DNA of 63,572 nt, the filler included, from Octopus bimaculoides (taxonomy: Eukaryota), in assembly GCF_001194135.2 (NCBI RefSeq). It is 4 parts of 4 records of this genome, joined end to end, with 100 filler letters (N's around TTAATTAATTAA, not from the genome) between each part and the next. Parts side by side here need not be neighbours in the genome. Positions count along the whole stretch, not along the records: positions 62,211 to 63,572 come from NC_068981.1; 3 more parts are not named here. One strand, 5' to 3'. The translations under genes were made by a program, and so were the position numbers. Of the stretch, positions 62,211 through 63,572 are shown piece after piece. Position 1 is the first letter of the stretch, and each line of letters opens with the position of its first letter. The notes below the pieces were generated by a model, which worked only from the letters and a program-made list of their open reading frames with translations, did not search any database and was not told where the DNA came from.

Positions 62211-62805
62211 TGAAGAGACTTTCATCGTGTCGATATCGAATTAAGATGCCATCTTCGGGGTTGAGGTCGTAGCGAGATAGTAAGGTCATAGCCACAAGGA
62301 ACACATTCAAGAGGACAGGGGCCACGACACAGCCTTGTTTAACACCGACTTGAACGTTGAAGTAGTCAGACTGATGACCCCCCAATGTCACACGTGCTTG
62401 CATGCCGTCATGTAACTGGCGTAGCATGGTAAGAAGCTTAGGAGGGTATCCATACCTCTGCAGGACATTCAATAGTAGTGGGCGGCTAATAGTATCAAAA
62501 GCCTTAGTTAGGTCAATAAAGGCAAACGAGGTACCACGCTGTTGTTCTCGGCACTTCTATAATCATGTCGATAGTGCTACCGTTAGCTCTAAAACCGCAT
62601 TGAGACTCTGGGAGGATTCCTTCAACTAAGTGGCCAAGAAGTCGAGAGAGCAGGACGCGTGCCAAGACCAACATCCAGGATTGAAATACCTCTGCTGTTG
62701 TTGCAGCATGAGCGATCTCTCTTCTTTTTGAAGATGGTTATTATGTCTGCGTGTTTCCAGCGTTGAGGGATCAAGACACTTTTCCAACAGTAGAGAGTGA
62801 AGACT
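62211..62805 (-). mobile_element. RTE-BovB-like LINE reverse transcriptase fragment
   Basis: IPQRWKHADIITIFKKKRDRSCCNNSRGISIL ... AFIDLTKAFDTISR ... YGYPPKLLTMLRQLHDGMQARV ... GVKQGCVVAPVLLNVF ... IRYRHDESLF. Confidence 0.85.
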
Positions 62806-63500
62806 TTATCTTGGCTGCCCCACTGATGGGTGTGCTTCTGGTCTACATCAGCTTGTTCCCTACGGGCCACATATTTGCCATGCAGAGGTTTTTGTTCCCA
62901 CCTATCAGCCAATTGTTCAGGCGCACTTTGCTTTGCTATTGATTTCACCTTCTTTGCAACTACAGTTCTGCACTTCCATCATACTGTTCAACCTGGGTAT
63001 AATGGGTAAACTCACTTGAAAATGTTTTGCTATCCTTCATAACAGAATGAAGTTTCTTACGTCTTTCATGGTTTTCAACGAGTTTTAGCATCCAATCGTT
63101 AGATGTTTCAAGATATTTTTCCAGTCCAATTGTAGTGGTTTTGTAGATTCCAGTTTGCATCAAACCACTTGTTCCGAATGGTCACCTTAGATTTCTTCTT
63201 GGTGTGCATCACCTGCCTTTCGAACGTCTGTGTATCGATGCTCTCATCGTTGAATCAACAAAACTTGAAGAATCGTTCACAACTTCTCAATTACGCATGT
63301 CTCCTAAACGAACAAACTCACCTATCGTATATCAAATACGTCCTTGGTAATATCTCTTCTGCATTATAATGAGTTAGCGTGTTTTGCATGTACGATCAAG
63401 GATCTTTACCAGGCAGCATTTCTCTGCACCTCTTTATACTGCATCAAACAGCCAAATCCCTTCATTCCACATACCCTGGTAATATTTTCAATGCCTGTAT
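62806..63500 (-). mobile_element. R4/Dong-like retrotransposon fragment (post-RT region)
   Basis: YKTTTIGLEKYLETSNDWMLKLVENHE...KLHSVMK and RWEQKPLHGKY...ADVDQKHTHQW are typical of R4/Dong ORFs. Confidence 0.75.
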
Positions 63501-63572
63501 TTATGAACGCTATTTACATTCGCCTTTTTACGATACTAAACTGCATATTAACCCCTTTTAGATCTACTCATA

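Overview
AT-rich, microsatellite- and transposon-dense animal genomic DNA with many N gaps. The SINE/MITE/LINE families are those I recognise from octopus (coleoid cephalopod) assemblies; the organism call is an inference. Most ORFs in the supplied track are artefacts of microsatellites or N runs. The one recognisable host gene is the first coding exon of EXOSC9/RRP45 (48201-48266, +), with a strong Kozak context, a GTAAGT donor and a housekeeping-type promoter. A CpG-depleted block (about 14.3-30 kb) carries several minus-strand exon candidates of an unidentified gene. The rest is tRNA-derived SINEs, Tc1/mariner relics (mariner, rosa/DD41D, maT/DD37D), hAT, piggyBac and Tigger MITEs, RTE/BovB, R4/Dong and Penelope-like fragments, and a solo LTR. 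Three identical N44-TTAATTAATTAA-N44 spacers are artificial joins, so the window is at least four stitched pieces. The most unusual items are a telomere-repeat element with inverted ends and a GC-rich hairpin (Helentron-like) just upstream of EXOSC9, two abutting long inverted repeats at 40.2-42.9 kb, and a Penelope-type minimal hammerhead motif. I found no CRISPR array, rRNA or intact tRNA gene, and no firm evidence of a wholly new system.
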